From positions 768,682-832,681 of the forward strand of contig CBFFRQ010000032.1 in the NCBI GenBank assembly GCA_965644315.1: a stretch of 64,000 bases of DNA, in the 5' to 3' direction. This document shows positions 49,001 through 61,759 of the stretch, piece by piece. Below the pieces are notes generated by a model. It saw nothing but the letters and a program-made list of their open reading frames with translations. It did no database searches and was not told the DNA's origin. The stretch is from Caecitellus pseudoparvulus. Lineage: Eukaryota; Protista; Bigyra: Bicosoecida. How positions within the stretch are numbered: position 1 is the stretch's first letter; every line of letters starts with the position of its first letter. The translations under genes were made by a program, and so were the position numbers.

Positions 49001-52000
49001 GCTGGGCAACTTCAATGGAGCCTTCGCACTCCACCACTCCACCCGGCAGCGAGCCACAAGTGGGCCCAGGGACAACCCGGAACGCGGCATTGCCGGTCTG
49101 CAAAGGGGATGTCTGTGACATGGTGAACACCAGGAACTCCGCTGGGTCGGCGTCTGAGGCACCCAGGGAGAGGGTCACAGGAGTTCCGACGGTGGCAGTC
49201 TCCGGAATGCTGAAGGCTTGCACTGGTGGGATGAGGACTGGCTGGTTGTCATCGAACATGGCAATGCTGAGCAGGGCAGTGTCGGTCAATCCCAGCGCGT
49301 CTGTGACAGTGACGGTGAAGTTGCACCATTCCGGGGAGGAAGTGCCCGTGAGGGGGTGCACCTCGTCAGTGCTCTGCACGAGGCCGGCCGGGCTCAGGGC
49401 ACTTGCACTGAAGACTGTGCTGCAATTCGCGTATGCACCTGGAGAACCCGTGCCTGTCGCGACCATGGTGTAGTTCAGGCTGTCCCCGGAAGCTGCGATG
49501 TCGACATCGGAGCCGAAAACAGAGCCCAGCACTGTGCCGCTGGGGGCACCCTCGATGGTACTGAAAGAGAAATCCTCCAACACTGGTGCCTCGTTCACGT
49601 TGGTGAGGTCCACAGTCACCTGCCCTTGCGAGGACAGGCCCCCGTCGTCCTGGATGATGATTGGGAAGGTCATGGAGCGAGTACCTTCGAAGTTGAAGCT
49701 GGCGTCGTCTCCGTCAGTGTCAACGCCGGCCGAGACGCTGGTCCTCAGGACACCGGCCGCGTCGATGGAGAAGAAAGCTGCACCCACAGTGTTGTTCGGG
49801 AAGGAGAAGGTGTGGTGAGTCGGTACCGTGTCGCCTGCATCCACATCAGTCCCGGACACAGGGCCCACGACATGCCCATCTCCAGTGTTTTCGGGGAAAG
49901 TGAACACCTGCCCAGAAGTGAGCACTGGGGCTTCGTTGACGTCTTGCACGTTGATGGTGATTGTGGTTGTCGAGGAGAGGGAACCATCGGTCACCCTCGC
50001 AGTCAGGGTGTGGCTGGGAATGGCCTCAAAGTTCAGGCGCTGCACAGCGGTGACGACGCCTGACGAAGAATCCACGCCAAAGAAGTCAGTTGCGCCACCA
50101 GTGAAGTCAAAGAACAGCAGGGGTGTCACGACTGTTGGGTCTCCGCCAGGCCCCACGTCCGGGTCAGACGCCTGCAATGCAGCGGCGAGCGCATGGGGAA
50201 TGCTCACCTCTTCATTCACCGTGAGGGTGGTGGGAGGATCGAACGCGGGCGCTTCGTTCACGTTCCGCACGGAAATGGTGATGACTGCGGTGTCACTGGC
50301 AGCGGGGTAGGTCTGAGGGTTCAAGCTGCGAGTGCTCATGTCCAGACCATTGTCAGTCACGCGCACCGTGAGCTCGTAGCGGGCGAGGGTCTCGAAGTCC
50401 ACCGAGTCAATGGTGTACACTTCGCCAACCATGGTGGACTCGAGGCCCGGGGCAGTTGCTGGGCGGATGCCAAACGGCATGCTGAACCCGGGGGGCACCC
50501 CCGTGAAGTTCGCCCCACCAGGCATGTTGCCAAACTTGTACCCCGCGATCTCCCACGACATGACAGTGCGCCCGATTGCACTTGCGTTGAACTCTTGGTC
50601 CTCGGCGAACACGTGGCCAACAATGGTGCCAGCTGGCACATTTTCGTTCACGGTCATGGTGCCGTCAGGGATGACGGGGGCATCGTTCACGTCCAAGATT
50701 TCAACGATGAACGGCTGCACGGAGCCCAGCTCCTGGCCATCAGCGATGCGCAGCTCCAAGGCCACGTCCGGGCTGTCCAGCGCTTCGAAGTTCAAGCTGG
50801 TCCCGCCAGCCAGGGAAATGACACCAGTTGAAGCGTGGATCTGGAAGCGGCTGCCGTCCTGCCCAGTGATGGAGAAGCGCTTCTCAAGCCAGGTGAGGTC
50901 AACTGCGTAGCGATCGGGGTCATCCACGGTGGGAGCGTTCGGGGTGACGGAGGCGCCTGTGGCAGAATTCTCCTCGATCCAGAAGCGGGAGCCAGGCGCC
51001 TGGGTGAAGAATGGCGCCTCGTTAATGTCCATGATGCGCACTGTGACTTCCGGGGATGGGTCCAAGCCACAGGGATTCGTGATGGCGTTGTCATTCACAT
51101 CCACCGTCAGAGTGAACATGGGCTCGGCCGAGCCTGGCGTAGAGTCACGCAACGCCTCGTAGTCGAAGTCTGAAGGAACTGTTGTGGCCACGCTCAGCTG
51201 CCCGGAGCAAGAGCCCATAGCAAAGACATCCGACAAGATGGCAGAGGCGGCGTTGGAGGTGATGCTGGTGATGTTGTACTGCACCTCATCAGCAATGTCT
51301 TCGTCTGTGACCACCACCGTGTGCAAGGCGCCGCCCACTGCTGTGGCCTTGGCTGGGTTCTCCTCCAGCTCGTACGGCACGAGGTTGTCCAGATTGTCTG
51401 TGCAGGGTGCCTCAGTGGTGGAGCTGCACAGCTTTGGGCAGTCGTTCTCATCCACGATGTCCACCTCAATGGTGCACGTGGAAGTGAAGGGTGTCAACCC
51501 CGTGTCTGTGTTACCAGGTGTAGTGGCTGTTACCTCGATGATGAACTTGTCGCACTGCTCAAAGTTGGGCACGGCGATGGGCGCGCTACCCCCGGAGTGA
51601 GTCACCTCCACGCGGCGGGGACCGGTCAATTCGTCAAGCAGAGCGCCGCTCAATGAACCTGGCGGGCAACCGGGTGCTGGATCGATTTTACGGGTGTAGG
51701 AGAACACCTCGGCAGCAGATCCTGAGTCGTACTGCTCCGCGCGAATGATCAGATCGGGGAAGGCCTGGTGCTCAGACCACATGACGTTTCCAGTGGCCTG
51801 TGTGACGCTGCCTGGCACATTTGTGCAGCCCTCCACCCACGTCACTCGCTTGTATCGAATGCCATCCACGCAGGATTCACCCTCTCCGCATTCCGCTTGC
51901 CCAGATCGCTGCTTCGGGTCGTCATTGGGACCGTCAGGGGTGGAATAGAAACCAGTGGACACTGGGGAAGTGCCTGTGCTTCCCGGTGGGCAGTATACAG

Positions 52001-54506
52001 TCGCAGGTTTGGACACTGCGGCGCCACACTGCACAGCAGTGGGCGTTGTGGAGCCAGCGGGGCAGATGAAGCCACCGTCACACTGGCCGGTGCACTGGTT
52101 GCTCGTGAGGGCCCGCTGGTCTCCGTACCGCCCAGCAGGGCACTGGTACCGCCGCCCGCCGGAGCAATAGAAGCCAGCCTCGCACTCTTCTTGGTCTGTG
52201 CGAGTAGTGGGTGTGTTGCCAGTAGAGTAGAAGCCATCGTTCACGGAGATGAAGGTGCCGGAGCCGGCAGGGCAAACCCGAGTCACAGCGCCACACTGCT
52301 GTTCCTCAGCAGAGTCAGACCCCGCAGGGCACATGTACCCTGCAGAGCACAGGCCAGCGCACAGGGAGCTGCTCTCGCCTGGGGTGCCGTACCGGCCAGC
52401 AGGGCAGGGAAGCTGCTGAGGGTTGGTGTTGATGGTGCCAGAGGGGCAGTAGTACCCTGCGTCGCACAGACCGCTGCACGCATCTGTCTGCTGCCCAGCG
52501 CTGTCACCATACCTGCCTGCGGGGCACTGGTTGGCGTTGGACGCAGTGGAGCCGGGAGGGCAGTAGTACCCCGCAATGCACTCGCCAGAGCAGACAGGGG
52601 AGGTCAGCCCCACGACAGCGCCATAACGCCCAGCTGGGCACAGGATGCAGTCAGCTGCGCTCTGAGCATTGCCGGAGGCTTGGTACCGCCCGAGGGGGCA
52701 GGCATTGCAGTTGGGGCCGGACAGGAAAGAGCCGGGGGGGCACGCATCAAAGAACTGGTATGTTCCCACGTTCACCCACAAGTCGCAAGAGGCGTAGTTG
52801 GACACCTCAACAGTGGCCTGGCGGGAAGTGGAAGGGTTGCCCTGGCTCAAGTCAGCCTCGTTGGGCATGGCGCAGATGACCCGGTTGCCGTTGTACTGCG
52901 TTAGCCACACGGCACGCACCAAAATGGTGTGTGTAGAGCCGGCGCCATTCGTGTACGAGAACTTGCACATCAGGTCCGGGCCTCGCAGGAAGTTGGAGCC
53001 GTCCAGCGTGAGAGCGGTGGCAGTAATAGACTCGCCGCTCTGAGGCCCCCAGGAGGAAATGGTGGGGGGGCTGGACAAACTGCTAGCCGCAGGGACGTAC
53101 AGGGAGATGGACTCGGGCGCTCCGACGCCCAGGGCATCGTCACGAGGCACGAGGGTGACACGGTGGCTGCCGGACTGGTCGGCTCGCGGGTTCCAGGTGA
53201 AGTCGTAGTACTTGACGTTGGAAGGCGTGGAGGTCTGAGGAGTGATGGTGGCACCCACCGGCAGATCGCCAGACGTCACTTGAACCTTGTCGCAAGTGTC
53301 GATGTAGTCAGCTGCGCCAAGGGTGAAGGTGGTGGTCTGCCCTGGGGGGAAACAAGAGGGCAGGCCTGTGCCAGCCACCCACGGAGAGGGCGGGATGAAC
53401 ACCGGCGCGGCGTTGTTCTCGCAGTTGCACGAGCCAGCACAGTTGGAGTTGGATGTGCAGACTTGGCAGCGGGGAGTGCACTTGCAGTACTTCTTAGGCT
53501 GCACGGTCTTCATGATGAAGTCCACGGTGATCTCGCTATATGAGTCGGAGATCTTGATCATGCCGCAGAAGAGGTAGTTCTGAGGGCTGGGCGGGTGGAA
53601 CACAACCACCCCGGACGTAGACCCCACCTGCCACACTGATGCACCAGCTTGGTGAGGAAGAGAGTCTGATGATGAGCCAGTCATGTCGGAAGCCGAGCCG
53701 AGGGAGTAGGTGAGGGGATCCACATCGTCGTCAGCTGCGCCCATCACCCACTCGTTGCGCTGCCCCGCGATGACCTCCTGGATGGGGATCTGGGACGTAA
53801 CAGGGGACGAGTTCTTCCACGTGTTGCTGCCGAAGCGGCGCAAGTCCACGGTTGTCGTCAAACGCCAGGACCGGTTGGCCATGTTGCGCAGACCACCAAT
53901 ACGGCAGCAGGAGCTGTACAGGCCGCTGTAGGGGCCCTGACCAGGGAACGTAAACACCGTTTCCCGAGTGGCAGTGAACCAGTCTTCAGCAGCATTGGTT
54001 TGCGTGATTGACTGCGCGGTGAGCGTTGGGTAAGCCAGGAGCCGTGAATGCAACGTGTGAGGTGTACCAGCGGAAATGCGCTGCACACACCATTGGCGAA
54101 AACGACACAGTTCCTGCACCAGAAAAGCTCATGCCGCCACCGATGTTGTTCGTTGTTGTACCTTGCTGGGCACCAAACCAGTTTCGCCTGCGAATGCCCG
54201 AGAGAGCGGCGCGAGGTTGTTGTCGAGCCCGTCAGCTCGAGCAGCAGCTCGCGCGCCACGCACCACGCCAGCATGACGTTGAAGCGGACCTGGATGTTGC
54301 TGGTTTGAGAGAAGGCACTGGGATTCACAGGCTTCCAGTTCACGTTGCCGTAGCTGCGATCGAGGCAAGCAGGGGGCCGAACGTGCAAGTCTCGCTGCCC
54401 GACGAGGTGGGCCACGGTCGGCAGGCTCGACGTACCGATAGTGAGACCCGAGGACGGGGCTCACTGCTGCCACAAGCAGCAGCAATGTTGAGAGGAGCCC
54501 CCTCAT
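40002..54506 (-). CDS. Giant (about 4800 aa) cell-surface protein: signal peptide, Cys-rich repeats, about 9 cadherin repeats, multiple IPT/TIG domains, 9-TM region and C-terminal WW domain (nonagonal cadherin-like)
   Basis: Signal peptide MRGLLSTLLLLVAAVSPVLG. CPAGRYG/C.AGYYCP repeats (about 51850-52740), DxNEAP cadherin linkers (about 48170-51460), GG..V.LTG.NFG TIG motifs, nine hydrophobic segments (about 40920-42210), and a WW-like WTRMRNAEGSVWYYNNDTAESTYDMP. Confidence 0.88.
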
Positions 54507-55502
54507 AGTGTCTGCTGCCAGCTGCGAGCCACAAAGAGCTTGCTTCTGAGGCCAAGCACAGGGGGCGAGCAGCAAGTTGAAACGCTGGTGGAACTTGCGC
54601 GCTGGCACAGAACCACGTGCGCAGGTGATCTACAAGCAGCGAAAACGCCGCTGCGAGTAGTGTATACGTTAGCGTGTTCGAGGTAGACAGAGCTGTCAAG
54701 TTTTGATGAGCTACCCAGGTGTTCTGCAACATGGTCTTCGGCATGTGTGAGGGGGGTGCAGCTCGCAGAATCGAGGGGGGGTGTGCCTGGCCTTGGGCGA
54801 CGAACCACGGAAAGGGACCGAGCCAAGGCAGCCAGACACGTGTAAGGGGTGTACACATTCAGGGTGGTCCGGCTTGAGAGCTTCTGGCTTGCTCAACACG
54901 CTTGCAGGTGGCTGCCTGAGCAGACTTTGCAGTTCAGGCTCACAGGTCAAGGCTCGCAAGGCACAGGCACGAGGAGGGGCTCGATGCCCTGGTTGTTTCG
55001 CGTTGCAATATGGACACCTGAGAATACTGGCTTGCTGTGGCCTGGCGCCCTTGCATTGAGCGCTGCTGCTGGGCAGGCGAGCCGAGGCTCGTCACGGGCT
55101 TCACCATGGCCACCCTTAGCAAGGCGTGTACGCGCAGGCAGCTGCGCTGGGACATAGTTGGCTGTTATGGGGGCAGGCCCGGCACTGCAAGACTTCCCTT
55201 CTGTGGCTTTCTGCGTCGTGGATCTGAGAGGGGGCAAAGGCCCAGTGCCACACGTCGTCCCCTCCAGGAGGGGCCTTCCTACAAAAATACAAACTAAATC
55301 CAAGAAAGGCAGCCCTGAGGTAACCACCATCGAGAAGAGCTGCGAGACGCCCTGCCCACTTGGAATAGGAACCCCCGTTTGTGTGAGGAAGCGACGACTC
55401 ACGTGGCAGGAGGCGGATAGTCACCTGGCCGCCTGTTTCGCTGGCAGCCAAGCCACACACCTTGATACAAGTTGAAAGAGGCTGCCATCCGGGTCTGAAA
55501 TA

Positions 55503-57620
55503 ATGGCGGCTCAATCCGGGGCTGTCGCGTCCAAGGCAGCGGCGAGCCTGCAACCAAGTTTGCGCCGAGACCACAAAGTACGGCTGCAAAGGCCTTTGCC
55601 AGCGCAACCGTGGCACCCATTCAGCACGCTCCTCCATCGCACAGAGGGAAGTTGGGCGACGTTCTCAGCTCTCTAAGCAGCGGCGAGAGAAAGCCATGAA
55701 GCGACGCCGCCAGTGCGTAGAGCTCCAAGTGTGGCCTTGGCAGGTGCACCAAATTCCGCAAGGTTGGCCACCTCTTTCCGCCACAGGGCTGCCATGGGTG
55801 AAGCAAAGGTTGAGGACGTGACTGAGCGAGCAGTGAAGGATGCATTAGAGGTCCTTGATTCCCGCACGGTTGGTCTGGAGCCCCGCATCGCTGCGCTGGC
55901 CGTGATCCGCAAAGCAACGGCAGGTGACACGCCCGCCCTTGCCGAGCTCGCTTGCTCTGCCGGCATTGTCCGCGTCCTGTGCGTAGCGTTGCAGCAGTGG
56001 GATGTTGGTGCCAAGCTAGAGGCAGCCTGGTGCCTGTCCAACATTGCCGCAGGCTCTGACGCACACACGGAGGCAGCGTGCGCAGCTGCACCGTACCTCG
56101 TCGCGCTGTTGACGTCGGGCAACCCGCTGCTGGCAGAGCACGCGGCGTGGGGACTGGGCAACCTCGCCACCACTCCAGATTCCCGCGCTGCGGTCATGGC
56201 TGCTGGCGCCATGCAGCCCCTCGTGGACTGCATCGTCGCCGGCCTGGAGGCGGAGCTTGCCCGCGTCGCACGTGCCGACCCTGCGTCCCCACCCTCCAGC
56301 GAAGCCGAGGAGCCGCGGGTTGTGGTGGCTCGTGTTGCGGCGTGGGCCGCCACCAACCTCCTGCACCGCACTGCCAAGGCCCTACCCTTCCTGGCCGCGG
56401 GCCTGGCGCCTGCTCTGGCCAAAGTGTACTCCGCCCTGTGGCAGGCAGGGCAGGGAGGGGGGGTGCCTGGACCCACCCTGCCAGCCTTCAGTCGGCCAGT
56501 GCTTTTCGAAGTGGCCTGGCTCTCAGCGTACATCGCAGCCCGCGAGGAGGCCGCTGTGCAGGTGCTGGTGGAGAGTGGCGCTATGGGGGCGGCGTTGGGG
56601 CTGCTGGCCGCGCAGCACCCGCCCTTGGTGGTGCCGGCGCTGCGTCTGCTGGGCAACATCGCCGGCTGCGGCGTGCCTGCGTGGAACGAAGCCCTGGTGT
56701 CTGGGCCTGGCTTGTTGCAGGCGCTGGGGCAGTTGCTGGAGGGGGGGGCGGCGCAGGGGGGCACAGATGCTCAGCAAGCCTTCGTGTTCCGACTGGAGGC
56801 CATGTGGGTGCTGGGGCAGCTGGCGGTGACTCATGCTGGGAGCCTCGTGGCGGGGGGGCTCGTACCGGCCATGTCTCGGCACCTGACGCCCCCATGGCAC
56901 CTGCTCACCACCACCATGACAGCCCTGTACAACATCCTCCGCCACGGGGCCACAGCGCCAGTGGGAGGCGGCAGCACAGCTCCCACAGGGCTTGCCATGA
57001 CGCCCACCCACACCAGCTCCGTGGCAGGCAGCACAGCCACCGCCACGCCGGCCCCGCCACCACCCCCTGCTGCAGCCTCTTCAGACAAGGGCATTAGCCT
57101 GTCCCCGCCTTCCCTGACACCGCCGCCCTTCTTGCGAGACGTCCTGGACCAGCCAGGCGTGCTGCAGGCGTTCATTGACGGCTTGAACAAGCCCGACCTG
57201 TCCGTCGTCCACCGCTGCCTGAGCGTGGTGGACATGGCCCTGCGCTTCTTGCCAGACGGGGCCCAGCGGGTGGAAATGATGGGGGGGGTGGACGCCCTGT
57301 CCACCCTGGTCATGCGGGGGCCGGGCGACTCCAGCAGTGTGGAGGTGGCTGGCTTGACGAGCGAGGCAGAGGCCCTCTCCTCCTGGGCCGAGGACTTGTA
57401 CGATCGCTTCTTCACAGACAGCGATGGCGAGGGGGAGCATGCCGCGGAACTGCCGCAGGGCCAGCTGACTCTGGGCGCCTGGGCATCCAAGCCCCTGCCT
57501 TTGGCTGCTGGTTTCCTGCAGGCTGGCGCAGCAGGCAGCCCCGAGCCTGCCACTGGCCCACGCGTGCCGAAGACGGCCAACCTGCCAGCTTGGGCGACGA
57601 AGGGAAGTAACCCTGCCTGA
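55503..57620 (+). CDS. Importin-alpha-like / TMCO6-like armadillo-repeat protein, 2 introns
   Basis: Upstream exons give an IBB-like basic segment (RRDHK/REVGRRSQLSKQRREKAMKRRR). ARM motifs: EAAWCLSNIAAG, AAWGLGNLA, AAWAATNL, PALRLLGNI. Confidence 0.8.
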
Positions 57621-57919
57621 CGTGGAATCCGGAATGCACGCATGGCTTGCTGGCAGCTCAGTGCAGGCAGTTGGTCACAAGTATGTGTGTGTGTAAGCGT
57701 GCGGCGTGGGGGAGGCGGAGCAAGCGGGCCGGCTCGTAGGGCGTTACAGCGGGAGGGTCACAAGCGGGGATGTGAACGGCCGCCACGTGGCGCAAAAGCT
57801 CACGGTGGCACATATATTTCACCCCACAGACTCACCGCCTCCGCAGTGTGCTTTCACCGTGTGCTGTAGCTGGTGCTGTCTCCGGGCTGGGCCACAATAC
57901 AGCGCGAGGCAGTGCAGGC

Positions 57920-60900
57920 ATGGCGTTTCATGGCTACGGCGGGCCTCCAACTGGCCCCGGCCAGGCTCCCACTCCCGCGGGGCAGCCAGGGCCATACCCT
58001 TACACGCAGCCACAAGCTGCAGGACCTCCAGCCTCACAAGGAAGTGCGTGAGCTGGTTATTGCGTGATAGCCCGTTGTCAGCGGGCCTGGCGGTGCCTCC
58101 GGATGGTGTCGCACAGCCAGCTTATACCGCAGCTTGCCTCTGCGCCAGTGGCGGAAGAAGCCGCGTGCGGGACAAAGTGCGGGTACATCCATGTCGCAAA
58201 CGTACACTTTGCGTTCCTATGCTGGGTTGCTGCCCCAAAGGCCACTTGACGCTGCTGGAGCCACTGCCTGCCTTGCGGCATTACACTTCCTGCTGACGGA
58301 GCTTTGCAAGCGCCAGGCCCCCGTTCACGCGCCCCCTGCCTTTTCGCAGTTCCACCGACATCCTATGGTGGTCCTCCCACCATGGGTATGCCTCCGACTT
58401 CAGCTGGACCCCCTACAGCCACGACAGGTGCGTGTAGCTTCGCGGCACTGGCTCTGGACCTACACCTGGCACGCTGTGACCTCCTCTGCGCCTTCAGGTG
58501 TGCCTGCAGGGGGCTTCGCCCCACCTCCCGCACCAACACAGTTCCAGCAGCCTCCTGCACCAAGTGTAGGAGGAGGTCCACCAACCGGCATGGGTGGCCC
58601 ACCAACCGGCATGGGCGGCCCACCTACCAGCATGGGCGGCCCACCGACAGGCATGGGTGGCCCACCAACGAGCATGGGCGGCCCACCGACCGGCATGGGT
58701 GGCCCACCAACCGGCATGGGTGGCCCACCGACAGGTATGGGTGGCCCACCGACAGCCATTGGTGCCCCGCCGACAACTGGTGTCACCGCACCAGCCATGC
58801 CTAGCAGTGTGAAGTTCATGAACCCATTCGGCGGAAGCGGCGAGGGGGGGCAGCCTGCCCCAGTAGGCACAGCTGGCGGTTTGATTGCTGCTCCCTCCGG
58901 TGCCATGCCCGCGACAGGAGCGCCCAACATCCCCACCGCCACAGTGGATGCGTCCAAGAACTGCCGTCCAGAGTACATGTCTGTGACCATGGACCGCATC
59001 CCCGCCACGCAGAGCCTGCTGGCGAAGACGTGCCTGCCGCTGGGCCTGTGTATCCAGCCGATGGCGGAAGCGCCTGGCCTGCCTGACCGGCCGCTGGTGG
59101 ACTTTGGCCAGGTCGGCGTCATTCGCTGTGAAAATTGCCGGGCGTACATCAACCCCTTCGTGGAGTGGCTGGAGAACGGGACTCAGTGGCAGTGCAACTT
59201 CTGCGGCAACTTGAACGTGACGCCCTCTGGGTACTACTGCGGCCTGGACTCAGAGGGCCGCCGGCATGACCTTGCCAAGCGCCCTGAGCTGTGCACGGGG
59301 TCCGTGGAGATGGTGGCGCCGGACGAGTACATGGTGCGGGCCCCCGTCGCACCAGCCTACGTCTTCGTCCTGGACGCCTCCTTCAACGCCGTGCAGAGCG
59401 GCATGCTGGAGGCAGCCTGCGAGGCCATCCTGGAGTCCCTGGACAACCTGCCAGGCGGCGACCGCACCCAGGTGGCCTTCCTCACCTACTCCACAGCGGT
59501 GCACTTCTACTCCCTGCGCCCTTCAGCTTCCGCCCCCGCCATGCACGTCGTTGCCGACATCGACGACTTGTTCATGCCCACTTCCGGGGAAGACCTGCTG
59601 GTGAACTTGACTGAAGCGCGGCCCCTGGTGGAGGCACTGCTGGAGACACTGCCAGCCATGCACGCCAACAGCAAGGCCGCCGACACGTGCCTGGGCTCTG
59701 CCCTCAACGCCGCCTACGCCATCATGCAGCACCTGGGCGGCAAAATGGTGGTGTGCCTGTCCCACCTGCCCTCCCAGGGCGCAGGCAAGCTGCAGCAGCG
59801 GGAGGGGCCCCGCATGCTGGGCTCCGACGACGAGTTCAAGCTGCTGGCGCCCGATGTCGGCGTTGGCGGCTCCTTCTACCGCAACCGGGCCGTGGACTTC
59901 TCCCGCCAGCAGATCTCCGTGGACGTCTTCATGCTGGGCAACCAGTACACTGACGTGGCCACCATTGGCAGCATGGCGCGGTACACCGCCGGGCAGGCCT
60001 TCTTCTACCCACACTACCAGGGACAGGTGGACGCGCCCCGCCTGCAGGCCGACCTGCTGCACACACTCACCCGCACGACAGGGTTTGAGGCAGTCATGCG
60101 CGTGCGCGTGTCTGCTGGGCTCAGCATCTCCAACTTCTACGGCAACTTCTTCATCCGGGGGCAGGACCTGCTCACGCTGCCCAACATCACCCCCGACACG
60201 GCCTTCAACGTGGAGATGGCGCACGGAGCCGCCTCCCTCGCCCCAGGCGCCGTCGTCGCCGTGCAGGGCGCACTGCTGTACACCACCGCCGACGCCCAGA
60301 GGCGCATCCTCGTGCACACCATGGCCATCCCCGTCACCACCCTGCTGTCGGAGGTGTTCAGCGCCGCCAACGTCGACGCAGTGCAGAACATGATCGCCAA
60401 GGTGGCCCTGGACACCGCCCTGCGCAACGGCCTGCCTGCCTGCCGCCGCTACCTGCACCGCGTGGTGGTGGAGGTGTCCAGAGCATACGCCTCCAGCGAG
60501 TCCCCGCTGGGCGTGCCACAGCCCGCGGCGGGCGGCGGTGTGAACCTCCCTGAGTCCCTGCAGCTCCTGCCGCTGTACTCCATGGCCCTGCAGAAGAGCA
60601 TCGTGTACCGGGGTGGCAGCGACATCTCCTCCGACGAGCGGGCGCACCTGGTGTACACCATGCTCACCATGCCCGCCCTCAAGTGCCGTGCGTACTGCTA
60701 CCCCCGCCTCTTCTCCCTGCACGACATGGAGGAGGGCGCGGGGCGCCCCGTGCCTGACGGCGTCGACGTGGACCCCGATGACGTCGCAGGCTACTCCCGC
60801 ATCCGCCTGCCTGCCACCCTGCACAACACCGAGTCTGCGCTGGACGCCGGTGGTGTCTACCTCCTGGACGACACCGTGGAGATGTTCCTGTGGGTGGGCT

Positions 60901-61553
60901 CTGCCGCGCCCTCGGGGCTGCTGCAGGCGCTCTTCGGCGTGCCGTCCCTGGCCGGCGCCAACACGGCAGGCCTGCTCCTGCTGCCCTTGGAAAACGACTA
61001 CTCGACGAGGGTACTGGCCATTGTGAACGCCCTGCAGGAGTCCGCATGCCCCCAGCAGCGCCTGCGGGTGGTCTGCCAGGGTGCAGGGGGCTACCTCGAA
61101 AGCCGCTTCAAATACCGCATGGTGGAAGACGGCCAGAACTTCACAGGCGGAACCCTGGCCTACGCAGAGTACCTCGCAACAGTGGCCCGTGAAACAGCCG
61201 CCGTCGGTGCTGGTGCCCCCGGTGGCGGCAACGTGCCGCCTCCGCAAGCAGGCCCTCCCAGCCAAAGCCAGCCTCAGCATGGAGCACCCGTGGCCGGGAG
61301 CATGGGCGGCCCTCCACCATCTGGCGCACCACCCCGACAGCAGGTGCCGCCGACAGCTGGCTCAACACCCGGCTTTGGGGGGCCACCGCCCATGACGGGT
61401 GGGCCACCCGCTCATGGTGGGCCCCCGACCAGCGGACCGCCTCCCGCACAGGGTGGGCCGCCTCCCATGCAGGGTGGTGGGCCACCCATGGGAGGACCTC
61501 CAATGGGGGGGCCTCCAACAGGCGGCTTCGGACCGCCTCCATCTCGCCGCTAA
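57920..61553 (+). CDS. SEC24: COPII coat subunit Sec24
   Basis: Pro/Gly-rich N-terminus, zinc finger RCENCRAYINPF...WQCNFC, trunk YVFVLDAS, LTRTTGFEAVMRVR, LPESLQLLPLY and YPRLFSLH. 5' exon structure is approximate. Confidence 0.95.
58572..58781 (+). repeat. Coding 21-bp tandem repeat (GGPPTGM, about 9-10 units) in the Sec24 N-terminus
   Basis: Direct reading: units of ggyggcccaccRacMggcatg with synonymous variation. Confidence 0.9.
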
Positions 61554-61759
61554 TGAGTTCAAATTCATGCCAACGGCAGTGCCTTCAGCAGCCCATGCTC
61601 AGCTCACCGTTCCAGAGGCCGGCAAAGGGAGAGTGCGGAATTTGCGTTGGCTTGGAGCATCGCTGAGCACAGCCCCCTGCCGAACGCTCCACAACAGAAA
61701 GGGTTTCAGCGGCGTGCCGAGGGCATATAGGCAGGCTCTGGAACTCAGTGGAACTCACC

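Noticed and set aside
55245-55300. Minus-strand TATTTTTGT followed by hairpin CCCCTC-CTG-GAGGGG, resembling an snRNA Sm site plus 3' stem, in the 1-kb divergent intergenic gap
   Set aside because: No U1 ACTTACCTG, U5 GCCTTTTAC loop, or U4/U11/U12 signature found upstream; unsupported without a covariance search.
58572-58781. 21-bp repeat array considered as a CRISPR or mobile element
   Set aside because: No spacers; it is an in-frame coding repeat in the low-complexity Sec24 N-terminus.
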